Shown here in pieces: positions 40,445 through 50,408 of a stretch of 64,000 nucleotides of DNA (its first letter is position 1; every line of letters begins with the position of its first letter). Made by a program: the position numbers and the translations under genes. Source of the stretch: Thermodesulfobacteriota bacterium (GTDB taxonomy: Bacteria > Desulfobacterota_D > UBA1144 > Nemesobacterales > UBA2774); assembly GCA_963422265.1 (NCBI GenBank), contig OY729416.1:768001-832000 (forward strand), written 5' to 3'. Under the pieces are notes generated by a model, which was not told the origin of the DNA, made no database searches, and was given only the letters and a program-made list of their open reading frames with translations.

Positions 40445-42277
40445 TCATTCTACGGTAACAACTTTAGCAAGGTTTCTGGGTTGATCAACATCCGTCCCCT
40501 TATACGTGGCTATATGGTAGGCGAGCAGTTGAAGAGGTATTATGGACACTATGGGACTCAAGATATAGCTGCAATCAGGAAGCTCTATCAATCTATCTAC
40601 GTTCTCGGCAAGCCCCTTATCTACAACGTCAGAGGTCATAAAGATTATCTTTCCTTTCCTTGCCCTAACCTCTTGTAAGTTGCCTAACACCTTCTTATAA
40701 GTTATCGCATCACGCGGGGCTATTAGGACAACTGGCATCGCCTCATCAACAAGCGCAATAGGTCCGTGCTTCATTTCCCCGGCGGGGTAACCCTCAGCGT
40801 GTATGTAGGACACTTCTTTAAGCTTGAGTGCCCCCTCGAAGGCTATCGGGTAGTTTATGCCTCGCGCCAAATAGAGAAAATTCTCGTATTGAAAAAATTC
40901 CTTTGCGAGATTCTTCACCTGTTTGTCTAACTTAAGAGCTCTCTGCACTAGTTTCGGGAGGCGGAGCACATCCTGAATAAGTTTTATGGAAGTTTCCTTG
41001 CCGATTCTATTTTTTATTCTCGCAAGATAAATTGAGAAAAGATAAAAAACTACAAGCTGCGTTGTGAAGGCTTTTGTCGAGGCGACCCCTATCTCAGGAC
41101 CAGCACGCGTATAAATAACGCCGCTCGCATCCCTCGCAATTTTGCTCACCATTACGTTTGTAATAGCTAGAGTTTGAGTGCCAGCTTGCCTCGCTTCTAT
41201 AAGTGCTTCAGATGTATCAGCGGTTTCACCGGACTGAGAGACCGCTATTGCCAGGGTTCTTTCATCAATAACTGGACCCCTATAACGAAACTCTGACGCT
41301 ATATCAACTTCAACGGGTATCCTAGCCAGGCTCTCAATCATATATTTTCCAATAAGGCACGCATGATAAGAGGTGCCACAAGCAAGAGCTACTATGCGAT
41401 TTATATTCTTAAAAGAGTTCGCATCTAACCCATCTAAAAGTATTTGTCCCGATTCTTCTGAAAACTTACCGCTCATTGTATTTAGAATGGCGTTAGGTTG
41501 CTCGTAGATTTCTTTTATCATAAAGTGGCGGTATCCGGACTTTTCAACCAAAATAGGATCCCAGTTGATTTCCTGAATATCCCGCTCAACCGTATTTCCC
41601 TCTATATCACAGAGAGTGATAGAGTTCCTTTCGAGCATTGCAATATCACCATCTTCAAGAAAAATTACGCGCCGACTGAATGGTAGTATAGCAGGAATAT
41701 CAGATGCTAGATAGTTCTCGTTCGCACCCAATGCCAGTATCAGCGGCGAGAACCTTCTCGCAGCAATAACTTTGTCGGGATACCTTTCAGAGATTACGGC
41801 GACCGCATAAGTCCCTTCTAACCTTCTGAGCACATCCCTTACCGCTTCTACAAAAGAGAGTCCGCTGCCTAAGACGTCCTCAATAAGATGAGCTATAACT
41901 TCTGTATCTGTATCAGAACTAAATTTATGTCCCTTTCCCTTAAGCTCTTCTTTTAGCTGTGAGTAATTTTCTATAATTCCATTATGGACTACCGTAGTTC
42001 CCAAGTAGGAGTGAGGATGGGCGTTGTTCATAGTAGCACCCCCGTGAGTAGCCCATCTGGTATGACCAATTCCTATTAGTCCTTCAAGAGAGTGTTTGTT
42101 TAACTTCTTTTTAAGTCCAGCTAGCTTCCCAGTACTTTTTACCACCTTGGACTTGCCGTTCTTCATAACGGCTATTCCCGAAGAATCGTAACCCCTGTAT
42201 TCAAGTCTTGTAAGCCCTTCAATTAAAACGTCAACCGTTTTACTACGGTCACCTACGTAACCTACTATTCCACACAT
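40445..42277 (-). CDS. glmS: Glutamine--fructose-6-phosphate transaminase (isomerizing)
   Basis: MCGIVG, LEYRGYDS, GHTRWATHG, SQSGETADT, EMKHGP and PRNLAK.VTVE motifs. Confidence 0.98.
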   Translation of the reverse strand: MCGIVGYVGDRSKTVDVLIEGLTRLEYRGYDSSGIAVMKNGKSKVVKSTGKLAGLKKKLNKHSLEGLIGIGHTRWATHGGATMNNAHPHSYLGTTVVHNGIIENYSQLKEELKGKGHKFSSDTDTEVIAHLIEDVLGSGLSFVEAVRDVLRRLEGTYAVAVISERYPDKVIAARRFSPLILALGANENYLASDIPAILPFSRRVIFLEDGDIAMLERNSITLCDIEGNTVERDIQEINWDPILVEKSGYRHFMIKEIYEQPNAILNTMSGKFSEESGQILLDGLDANSFKNINRIVALACGTSYHACLIGKYMIESLARIPVEVDIASEFRYRGPVIDERTLAIAVSQSGETADTSEALIEARQAGTQTLAITNVMVSKIARDASGVIYTRAGPEIGVASTKAFTTQLVVFYLFSIYLARIKNRIGKETSIKLIQDVLRLPKLVQRALKLDKQVKNLAKEFFQYENFLYLARGINYPIAFEGALKLKEVSYIHAEGYPAGEMKHGPIALVDEAMPVVLIAPRDAITYKKVLGNLQEVRARKGKIIFMTSDVVDKGLAENVDRLIELPDCSYILSPIVSIIPLQLLAYHIATYKGTDVDQPRNLAKVVTVE

Positions 42278-42284
42278 TATATAT

Positions 42285-43661
42285 TTAATCCTTTCTTCTT
42301 GGCTTTGCTCTCCAGTTCTCTATTATCTTTTGCCTCGCCCTTCCTATTGCCAATCCACCTTCAGGCACGTCTTTGGTAATAGTAGAGCCAGCTCCAGTCG
42401 TAGCACCCCTACCAAGCCTTATGGGAGCTACTAGCATAGTATCGCTACCGATAAAAGCGCCGTCTCCTATTATCGTTTCATATTTGTCATAGCCGTCATA
42501 ATTACACGTAATCGTTCCAGCGCCTACGTTGACATTCTTTCCGAGCTTGGCATCGCCAACGTATGATAAATGAGGCACCTTTGAGCCTGCCCCCACACTT
42601 GACTTTTTTATTTCAACAAAATTGCCAATTTTAGCTCCATCCATAATACGAGCCTGAGGCCTGACGTGTGTGAATGGACCTATAGTAACGTCCTTCTTAA
42701 TAACCGACTGGGTTATATAACACGAGGACTTGACGACCGCCCCATCCCCCAGCTTAGAGTCCTCAATCCAAACAGATGGCCCAATTGTAGAACCTTTACC
42801 TATCCTACTATCTCCATATATATACGTGTGTGGATAGATAGTAGTATCAGCTCCAATATTCACACCCGGAGAAATGTAAGTGCTAGAAGGATCAACCATT
42901 GTTACTCCCGAGCGCATAAGCGCATCGTTTGTCCTTTTTTTTAGGATCGCCTCTATAACGGAAAGCTGTATTCTGTCGTTCACGCCAAGCATTTCATCGC
43001 TGTCTGACGCAAGAATCCCTGAAACCTTGCGCCCGTTATTAGAGGCAATTTCTATAATATCAGTCAAATAATATTCCTTTTGCTTATTTCGGGAACTAAT
43101 GCCAGAAAGGGCATCCCAAAGGAAACTACTCTTAGCGCAATATGCTCCGGAGTTTATTTCCGTTATTTTTCTCTCCTCAGACGTGGCGTCTCTCTCCTCA
43201 ACAATTCTCTCCACGTCTCCTAGTCCGTCTCTAACGACCCTACCGTAACCTGTGGGATTCTCTACGACGGAAGTTAAAACCGAAACGCCGGATCCACTCT
43301 TTTCATGTTCACTAATAAACTTCTTAATAGATTTGGAGGTGATCAGCGGATAATCGCCGTTAAGTATCAACACATTACCAATGAACCCGCTAAGAATGCC
43401 AGACGCGCAATTCGCCGCGTGCCCAGTGCCAAGCTGCCTCTCCTGCTCGACGTATGAAATTCCCTCTAATCCTATTATCTTCTTGACATCCTCTGCCCCG
43501 TGACCAACTACAACAACTACACTATCTGAGGATATTTTTCTAACTGCATCCAATACATAGGCAATCATAGGGCGGCCAAGAACGGAATGTAGCACCTTTG
43601 GGACTTTTGACTTCATCCTCTTGCCTAATCCAGCAGCAAGGATAACGACAGCCAGTTTCAT
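42285..43661 (-). CDS. glmU: Bifunctional UDP-GlcNAc pyrophosphorylase / glucosamine-1-phosphate acetyltransferase
   Basis: LAAG.G.RMKS, QLGTGHA, EYYLTD, GNFVE.K, HLSY.GDA and GTITCNYDG motifs; hexapeptide repeats. Confidence 0.98.
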   Translation of the reverse strand: MKLAVVILAAGLGKRMKSKVPKVLHSVLGRPMIAYVLDAVRKISSDSVVVVVGHGAEDVKKIIGLEGISYVEQERQLGTGHAANCASGILSGFIGNVLILNGDYPLITSKSIKKFISEHEKSGSGVSVLTSVVENPTGYGRVVRDGLGDVERIVEERDATSEERKITEINSGAYCAKSSFLWDALSGISSRNKQKEYYLTDIIEIASNNGRKVSGILASDSDEMLGVNDRIQLSVIEAILKKRTNDALMRSGVTMVDPSSTYISPGVNIGADTTIYPHTYIYGDSRIGKGSTIGPSVWIEDSKLGDGAVVKSSCYITQSVIKKDVTIGPFTHVRPQARIMDGAKIGNFVEIKKSSVGAGSKVPHLSYVGDAKLGKNVNVGAGTITCNYDGYDKYETIIGDGAFIGSDTMLVAPIRLGRGATTGAGSTITKDVPEGGLAIGRARQKIIENWRAKPRRKD

Positions 43662-43665
43662 AATG

Positions 43666-44031
43666 CTACGGGAGCCTCCCGTACTTGTCTTCTAACCTTA
43701 CCACATCTTCTAACTCAGGAGTGGAAACTTCAATTACCTCGCACTCCTCAACTGCGTTCAGACGATGTTTCGTAAAGGGCTCTATTCTAATCGAGTGTCC
43801 AGAAGTCATAGTTGCCCTTTCCACTTTACCTTGGGGTTTTTGGATTTCTATAATCATCTCACCACTGTAAAGATATATAGTCTCATCCTTAAACTTATGA
43901 TACTGATAACTCAGACTCTCGCCTTTATTGATATGGAGAATCTTAGAAGCATAATTATCCGTAAGAGCCCACCACAACTCATATCCCCATGGCTTATCCA
44001 CCCTCTTAACATCATCACACTTATTTATCAT
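43666..44031 (-). CDS. Cupin-domain protein (mannose-6-phosphate isomerase C-terminal-like)
   Basis: VDKPWG.E, LS.QYH..K.E, HR, EVSTP..D.VRL.D.YGR motifs. Confidence 0.88.
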   Translation of the reverse strand: MINKCDDVKRVDKPWGYELWWALTDNYASKILHINKGESLSYQYHKFKDETIYLYSGEMIIEIQKPQGKVERATMTSGHSIRIEPFTKHRLNAVEECEVIEVSTPELEDVVRLEDKYGRLP

Positions 44032-44171
44032 ACTGATACTGTCCCCAATTTCATCAGCACGCCGAGGAACGCAGTAGGAACAAAACGGGAGCTAGCAAAT
44101 ACCAAACCGGTAGGTGAGATGGTTAATTAAACTTTCCGAAATCTCCCGCACCGTCAAGCTGAATTTATAAA

Positions 44172-44588
44172 TCAAAACGGGATATCGTCATCCGTAGTAT
44201 TGAATGAATGCTCAAGACCCTCAGATACCGTAGCATCATCTGGAGAAGATTGGGCCGTTCTCCTACCTAACATCTGCATATCTCTAGCCACGATTTCCGT
44301 CGTATATCGCGTTTTCCCCTCTTTATCTTCCCAAGAACGCGTCCTGATGGAGCCTTCTATATATACTGAACTCCCTTTGGTTAAATACTCATTACAAATC
44401 TCCGCTAGTCTGCCCCATGCAACTATACGGTGCCACTCCGTTACTTCTTGTCTCTCACCATTTTTATCCGTGTAAACATTCGTAGTAGCTATTGAAAAAT
44501 TGGCGACCGCCCCGCCGCTTGTAGTAAACCTAATCTCAGGATCACGCCCAAGGTTGCCTATCAATATAGCTTTATTTATTCCTCTCAT
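44172..44588 (-). CDS. ssb: Single-stranded DNA-binding protein
   Basis: [25 protein letters not shown] and C-terminal DDIPF. Confidence 0.98.
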   Translation of the reverse strand: MRGINKAILIGNLGRDPEIRFTTSGGAVANFSIATTNVYTDKNGERQEVTEWHRIVAWGRLAEICNEYLTKGSSVYIEGSIRTRSWEDKEGKTRYTTEIVARDMQMLGRRTAQSSPDDATVSEGLEHSFNTTDDDIPF

Positions 44589-44653
44589 AACGACTACCTC
44601 TCATAAAGAGTCAAAGGTAGATTATATCACTTAACAGTCCTAAAATCCAGAAA

Positions 44654-45259
44654 TCACAAAACCCCAGCCGAAAGTGATAGAAAGTTCCTCACAATCCTGC
44701 CTGTCATACCCCAAATTATATACTGCTTGTAATTGTAAACGTAATCCTCAATCTTTTTTCCCTCTCTTACACGCATCCTAATTCTGCAATTTTTACTGCC
44801 TATTAGAGAGCTTACAGGAATCCAAACGGCAACTTCTACTTCATCCCTACTAGGCTTTAAGATTATACCCTCTTCAAGTATTGAAATGTAGGGAGTAACT
44901 ATATAGTGATTTGCTCTGGGAGTATTGGGATTAATGTCATCCAGAATTCCTATGAAACGCCCGTTCTTATTCAAATCGATCCCAATCTCTTCATAGGTTT
45001 CTCTCATTGCCGTTGCAAGTTTGGTATCGTCACTACACTTAACTTTGCCACCCGGAAAAGCCATGTGTCCAGAAAAAGTGTCCTGGGCATTCTCAGGTCT
45101 CTTTATAAATAGTAAAGAAAAACCCTCTTTGGTCTCTTTTAGAATTATCATAACGGCAGCTTCTATAGAATTCCTCTTACTCGCAATCTTTGTTGGAGTC
45201 CTGCAGCTTAGAAGATGCTCTAATTCTTCAACTGGTTGGCTAGACAATCTAATTTTCAC
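44654..45259 (-). CDS. Nudix hydrolase, CoA pyrophosphatase family
   Basis: AAV, SGHMAFPGG, Nudix box TAMRETYEEIG and IWGMTG. Confidence 0.9.
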   Translation of the reverse strand: MKIRLSSQPVEELEHLLSCRTPTKIASKRNSIEAAVMIILKETKEGFSLLFIKRPENAQDTFSGHMAFPGGKVKCSDDTKLATAMRETYEEIGIDLNKNGRFIGILDDINPNTPRANHYIVTPYISILEEGIILKPSRDEVEVAVWIPVSSLIGSKNCRIRMRVREGKKIEDYVYNYKQYIIWGMTGRIVRNFLSLSAGVL

Positions 45260-45337
45260 CTAAAGTAATATATACGTATTTCAGCAATGCGCAGCACGTT
45301 AACCATTTACAGAAGGAGCTAGGAAGATACCGTGTAT

Positions 45338-47350
45338 TTAATAAGCGGAAGCCTCGATATTACCCCAATCATCAACCGCGCATTTATAGTCAGGTGGGAC
45401 AAATATCGTAGATGTATTTTCCAGTATAAGAGAGGGTCCCGTGAACGCAAACCCACAATAAAACTCTTCTCGCTTATACGTAGCCACGCTGATTTGCCTA
45501 CCCTCAAAAATGATTTTTTTCTTTTGAGGATATATATCTATCTTTTCGTTAGTGAGTTTAGGTAATTTGATCTTTCTCTTCTTAGCTACTGCCCTCACTC
45601 TTATGGTAACAACTTCAACGCCGTCACCAGTTTTCATATATCCAAACGCCTTTTTATGGGCACGGTGAAAAACTCCTATAAAATTCTTGGTATAGGGAAT
45701 AGTCAGCTCGTGAGCCTGTCTTTTGTAGCGTGCGTCTAGGAAGCGCTTAAAACTAATTTGCTCGTGGTAAGAACTTGTCCTTACCCCTGATTGAAAATCG
45801 GCGAGCGCTTTACGCTCCAAGTCTATAAACCGTCCCTCCAATGCCTCTGCTGTCGCCAAAGCCCCCGCAAGAAATACTGTAACGCTATAGTCCTTAAAAG
45901 AATCCGCCATGAGCATTCCAAGAGCGGAAAGCACGCCTGGGCTTCTGGGGAAAACTACTTTCTTCGTTTCTATATTTCGAGCAAGCTCGCAGGCGTGAAG
46001 CCCACCTGCACCACCAAACGACACCATCGCAAAGTCCCTTGGATCATAGCCCCTCTCTATAGATACGCTCCTTAGAGCTCTTTCCATATTGGCGTTAGCA
46101 ACCCTAATAACGCCTTCTGCAAGATCAAGCAAAACTTGTCCCAGACCTCCTTTATTAAGAGGGAGTTTCATCTCTCTTGCGAGCTTCTCAAGGGCGATTT
46201 CAGATCTTTGCTTGGATATTTTCATACGCCCGCCAAGGAACCACTCAGTATCTATTCTACCAAGCGCCACATGCGCGTCGGTTACGGTGAGCTCATCGCC
46301 TTTCCCATAGCACACGGGACCGGGATCGGCTCCCGCACTCTTTGGTCCCAGCTTGAGCGCCCCTCCTACGTCGCAGTGCGCAATCGAGCCTCCTCCAGCT
46401 CCAATGGTAGTAACGTCAATCATGGGAACACTGATCGGAATACCATCAATCTCTGTCTCTGTAGTAAAATCAATCCCTCCATTGCAAAGAGAGACGTCCG
46501 TTGAAGTTCCCCCCATATCATAAGTTATAATTCGTTCATACCCCATGGAAGCAGCTATATTAAAACTGCCTACCACACCCCCCGCCGGTCCTGAAAGTAG
46601 AATCCTTACAGGTTCATCACCTGCCTTCTCGGGAGAAATAATTCCCCCATTTGACTGCATAACGGACAAGTCGCAAGAAGAGTCGCTTATACTTGATATC
46701 TCTGATGAAAGTGAATCCATATATAGCTTGACCTTAGGAAGCAGATAAGAATTTGCGACTACGGTAGAAGTCCTTTCGTATTCTCTGAACTCAGGAAGTA
46801 TTTGTGAAGAAGCCGAAATTGGAACTCCGAGGGGGTTTAGGTGCTCAGCTACTATCTTTTCATTCGTAGGATTCGCATACGAGTGAAGAAAAGATATTGC
46901 TACCCCTTCAACATTCAGTCTTTTCAGCTTAGAAAATAATTCTTCAAGCTGATCTTTACTTACTCTACTTAAGACTTTTCCCTGGTAAGTAGTCCTTTCG
47001 GTAATTCCAAACCTAAGCTCTTTCTCGACGAGAGGCTGATGAGCCTGCCAGAAAACATCATATAGGGAGTCTCTATTCTGCCTTCCGATCTCTATAACGT
47101 CTTGAAAACCATCGGTTGTCACAAGGGCTATTACCGCTCCCTTCCTTTCGAGCAAAGAGTTTGTGGCAACCGTCGTGCCGTGAACGACATCAAAATTTGA
47201 TAGCCTATTTCCGATAATATCAATCAGACCCGACATTATAGCTTCTGAGGGGTCAGAGGGCGTAGAAGAAACTTTATGGGTAAAAAGATTCTTTCCATCA
47301 AAAAAAACAAAATCAGTAAACGTACCGCCTGTGTCAATACCAACTCGCAT
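45338..47350 (-). CDS. Hydantoinase/oxoprolinase subunit A (HyuA-like, ATP-dependent)
   Basis: GIDTGGTFTD, HGTTVATN, REYER, LSGPAGG, DMGGTSTD, GAGGGS, SAGADPGP.CYG and FGGAGG.HA motifs. Confidence 0.93.
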   Translation of the reverse strand: MRVGIDTGGTFTDFVFFDGKNLFTHKVSSTPSDPSEAIMSGLIDIIGNRLSNFDVVHGTTVATNSLLERKGAVIALVTTDGFQDVIEIGRQNRDSLYDVFWQAHQPLVEKELRFGITERTTYQGKVLSRVSKDQLEELFSKLKRLNVEGVAISFLHSYANPTNEKIVAEHLNPLGVPISASSQILPEFREYERTSTVVANSYLLPKVKLYMDSLSSEISSISDSSCDLSVMQSNGGIISPEKAGDEPVRILLSGPAGGVVGSFNIAASMGYERIITYDMGGTSTDVSLCNGGIDFTTETEIDGIPISVPMIDVTTIGAGGGSIAHCDVGGALKLGPKSAGADPGPVCYGKGDELTVTDAHVALGRIDTEWFLGGRMKISKQRSEIALEKLAREMKLPLNKGGLGQVLLDLAEGVIRVANANMERALRSVSIERGYDPRDFAMVSFGGAGGLHACELARNIETKKVVFPRSPGVLSALGMLMADSFKDYSVTVFLAGALATAEALEGRFIDLERKALADFQSGVRTSSYHEQISFKRFLDARYKRQAHELTIPYTKNFIGVFHRAHKKAFGYMKTGDGVEVVTIRVRAVAKKRKIKLPKLTNEKIDIYPQKKKIIFEGRQISVATYKREEFYCGFAFTGPSLILENTSTIFVPPDYKCAVDDWGNIEASAY

Positions 47351-47394
47351 CCTTTGATGAAGTCCACACCACTAGTTAAAGTAAAAGGATAATA

Positions 47395-47604
47395 CTAATA
47401 CTCATCTTGACCAACAGGGTAAACCACTTTAACTTTGTCTTCCGCTATCTCCCTTAAAGCAGTAACAACGTCCTTATTATCGGTCTCTTCAGAAAGCGGC
47501 GGAGCTCCCTTCACAAGCAGCCTAGCCCTTTTCATCGCAGCCACTGACAGAGCAAACCTGTTCACTACCTTTTCAAGACAATCTTCTATAGTTACTCTTG
47601 CCAT
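47395..47604 (-). CDS. rpoZ: RNA polymerase omega subunit
   Basis: MARVT.EDC...NRF.L...A.KRAR.L, NK.VV.ALREIA. Confidence 0.96.
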   Translation of the reverse strand: MARVTIEDCLEKVVNRFALSVAAMKRARLLVKGAPPLSEETDNKDVVTALREIAEDKVKVVYPVGQDEY

Positions 47605-47723
47605 CTAAAAAAACCCCCTTACTGTTAAATTTTCTTGTAAATATAAAGTCTAAAGTCAATAAGTAAATAGAGCTCTCGGAATCTAGTCCGTATCAAGTTA
47701 ACATTAACTGCATGGAGGTTAAA

Positions 47724-48401
47724 ATGCGTTTAGATGAAATAAGATATGATGAGAAGGGGTTAGTCCCTGTTATTGTTCAGGACTCTCAGAACGGGCAGGT
47801 TCTTATGCTTGCCTATGCGAACAAAGACACTATCCAAAAAACGCTTGAAACGGGAAAAACCCATTTCTGGAGTCGCTCAAGAGAAAAGCTCTGGATGAAG
47901 GGTGAAGAATCAGGCAATACGCAGCAGGTAAAAGACATTTTTATAGATTGCGATGGTGATACCCTCTTAGTACTCGTAGATCAAAAAGGGGTAGCCTGCC
48001 ACACGGGAAATAGCACCTGTTTCCATAATCCTATTAACGAGCAGAATGGCACCCCATCTTTTGTTTCTCCTAAATCTGCTAAGACCCTTGACGAAGTTTA
48101 CAGCGTAATAGAAGACAGGAAGCGCAACCCGAGAAAAGACTCTTACGTGAGTGGACTATATGAAAAGGGGATTGATAAAATACTAAAGAAAATAGCGGAA
48201 GAGGCGGGCGAGACTATTATAGGTGCCAAGAATGAGGATAAAGAAGAGGTGGTGTATGAAACTGCGGACCTCTGGTTTCACTCGCTGGTTGTCCTTTCCT
48301 ATTTCGGAATTACCCCAAGTGATATATACGAAGAGCTTGGGAAAAGATTTGGAAAATCCAAAAAAGATTACAGGCGACAGGAGATTAGCAAACACAATTA
48401 A
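47724..48401 (+). CDS. hisIE: Bifunctional phosphoribosyl-AMP cyclohydrolase / phosphoribosyl-ATP pyrophosphatase
   Basis: WSRSR..LW.KGE.SGN, DCDGD, ACHTG..CF, KK..EEA.E and E.ADL.FH motifs. Start after GGAGG at 47724. Confidence 0.96.
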   Translation: MRLDEIRYDEKGLVPVIVQDSQNGQVLMLAYANKDTIQKTLETGKTHFWSRSREKLWMKGEESGNTQQVKDIFIDCDGDTLLVLVDQKGVACHTGNSTCFHNPINEQNGTPSFVSPKSAKTLDEVYSVIEDRKRNPRKDSYVSGLYEKGIDKILKKIAEEAGETIIGAKNEDKEEVVYETADLWFHSLVVLSYFGITPSDIYEELGKRFGKSKKDYRRQEISKHN

Positions 48402-48460
48402 GAACTAAGGTAAGGGCTGAGGGGTCGTTCCCGTTCCACAGGTTGACAAGGATTTTATCC

Positions 48461-48946
48461 TCACCTGTTTCTCTTAGGTCTATCTTTCTCTTCAATATAA
48501 TCGCCTATAAACGTTTTCTGTCTTACGGAAGGGGGAAGATTTGAAAGATCGGGCTTTGGCATATCGGTTGAAAGGTCGGCGGTAAAGGCAAAACCTGAAA
48601 AGACCTTCTCTAGTTTCTTTGATCCGCAGAAAAGACATTTCAGCTTTTTCTCGTCTCCATCTTCATAGATAAGCTCCGAGAATCGATAATTTTTTTGTAG
48701 ATTAAACAATACAAGAACAGCCCCTTCATTCACGTAGAAATCTAAGTCCACCCCCCTTCCATCTCTCTTTCCATGTTCAGCCACTATCTTTTCTTTCTCG
48801 AGATCAAGCACGCCTATATGGTTTATATTGCTACACTTCTTTACAATATCAGATACTTTCTTCTTAGTCGCACCCTCCTCAATCTCTCTTAGAGAACCCT
48901 CGATTTCCTTTCTACATTTTACGCACTCAAACTCATAAAGCGGCAT
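48461..48946 (-). CDS. FmdB-like zinc-ribbon protein with large internal insertion (paralog 1)
   Basis: MPLYEFECVKC-x92-CLFCGS...KVFS; AGGAGG RBS. Confidence 0.8.
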   Translation of the reverse strand: MPLYEFECVKCRKEIEGSLREIEEGATKKKVSDIVKKCSNINHIGVLDLEKEKIVAEHGKRDGRGVDLDFYVNEGAVLVLFNLQKNYRFSELIYEDGDEKKLKCLFCGSKKLEKVFSGFAFTADLSTDMPKPDLSNLPPSVRQKTFIGDYIEEKDRPKRNR

Positions 48947-48970
48947 TTAAGCATCCTCCTCATTATAAAA

Positions 48971-49474
48971 TTAGCGATTGAAGTATTGGTTTAAGTGATC
49001 CTGACCTACCCAATCATTCCTTATTTCTTCATCTTTCTGTTGTTTATATTCCAGATGCCATCTGAGCTCATCCTGGGGTCCGGGCGCCCGCTTGCTCTTA
49101 TCGTCAAATATCGCCTTAAACGTAGAGAAAATTCTTCTCACGTTTTTATCCCCACAAATGGGGCATTCTAAATCCTCTTCATCACCCTTGTCGTAGATAA
49201 GTGAGCTAAACTTAAAGTTCTTTAGCTCAAGGTAAAGCATCTTATTTTTATCGAGCTTATATCTAAACCTTCTTACGTTGCGTTCCGTGACCTTCTCGCC
49301 AAGAGCAAACAGCAGCTTGCCATTATTACCATTTGTTACTTCTATGTAAAGAAAACCCTCATTAGCTTTTCTGATTCTAGAAGCGTTAGTTTTGTTAAGC
49401 CTAGCCGTAAGGGCATCTATATCTTTATTGTATCGGTCTATACACACGTCGCACTCATACTCGAACAAAGGCAT
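48971..49474 (-). CDS. FmdB-like zinc-ribbon protein with large internal insertion (paralog 2)
   Basis: MPLFEYECDVC-x92-CPICG...RIFS; AGGAG RBS. Confidence 0.8.
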   Translation of the reverse strand: MPLFEYECDVCIDRYNKDIDALTARLNKTNASRIRKANEGFLYIEVTNGNNGKLLFALGEKVTERNVRRFRYKLDKNKMLYLELKNFKFSSLIYDKGDEEDLECPICGDKNVRRIFSTFKAIFDDKSKRAPGPQDELRWHLEYKQQKDEEIRNDWVGQDHLNQYFNR

Positions 49475-49588
49475 ATTTCACTCTCCTAATTTTTATAGCT
49501 TACTAATAATAACTAAGTTTTTAGAATTGCTCTAGTTATGGATTAAGCTATTGTATTGTAAGGTTGAAAAAACAGTGGAGGGTTAAAG

Positions 49589-50380
49589 TTGTCCAAAGGC
49601 AATAAACTCATTTTAGAAGAAGTAGGTTCCATATGCACGCTTACGCTCAACAGACCTGATAAAAGGAATCTCTTGACTAAAGAGATGCTTACAGAATTGA
49701 AAATCATTCTGAGCAAACTGAAAGACGAAAACAGGATAAGGTGCATAGTTATAAGGGGGTCTGGGGAAAAGGCATTTTCATCGGGATACGATGTAACCGC
49801 AATAGGCGAAAATGATATGATAAGGCACCATGAAGGTAATCACCCGTTAGGAAAGGCTCTAGAAGCAATAGAAAACTTTCCCTACCCCGTAATTGCCATG
49901 ATGAATGGACATGCCTTCGGGGCGGGACTCGAGATAGCGGTAACGTGTGATATTAGAATAGCGGCGGAGGGATACCTTCTCGGAATGCCACCATCAAAGC
50001 TCGGCGTTGTTTACTCCTACAGCGGAATGAAGAAGTTCTTAGACTTGATTGGACCCGGGAACACAAAAGAGCTTTTTCTAATCGGAAAACCGATCAGTTC
50101 GAAAAGGGCTTATGAGATAGGACTAGTGAACCGCTTACTGCCACAAGCCCAAATAGAGGAGTTTGCCTACAGGACTGCAAATGAAATATCGGAGAATGCC
50201 CCTTTATCACTTAAAACGCTAAAAGAAATCGCGTGCTTATGGCAAAAAAACCAGACGCTAAATCCTGAAAACAAAGAGCTTATAAGGCAGATGACCCTAG
50301 AGGTTCAGAGCAGCGATGATTATAAGGAAGGACAGAAGGCTTTTTCAGAGAAGAGAAAACCTAAGTTTAAGGGAAAGTGA
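49589..50380 (+). CDS. Enoyl-CoA hydratase/isomerase (crotonase) family protein
   Basis: LNRPDKRN, AFSSGYD, NGHAFGAGLE, CDIR, GLVN and EG..AF.EKRKP.F.G motifs; TTG start with GGAGG. Confidence 0.92.
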   Translation: MSKGNKLILEEVGSICTLTLNRPDKRNLLTKEMLTELKIILSKLKDENRIRCIVIRGSGEKAFSSGYDVTAIGENDMIRHHEGNHPLGKALEAIENFPYPVIAMMNGHAFGAGLEIAVTCDIRIAAEGYLLGMPPSKLGVVYSYSGMKKFLDLIGPGNTKELFLIGKPISSKRAYEIGLVNRLLPQAQIEEFAYRTANEISENAPLSLKTLKEIACLWQKNQTLNPENKELIRQMTLEVQSSDDYKEGQKAFSEKRKPKFKGK

Positions 50381-50408
50381 AAAAGGTCATATATAGACAG
50401 TTAGAGAC

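Noticed and set aside
40219-40678. Plus-strand ORFs between and over purD and glmS
   Set aside because: No RBS; they overlap a REP-like hairpin or run antisense to glmS.
42278-42284. glmS ribozyme
   Set aside because: glmS starts 7 nt after glmU, leaving no room for a leader.
48461-49474. Inserts in the zinc-ribbon proteins as mini-inteins
   Set aside because: Too short (~75 aa) and lacking the terminal His-Asn followed by Cys/Ser/Thr and the block B TxxH motif.
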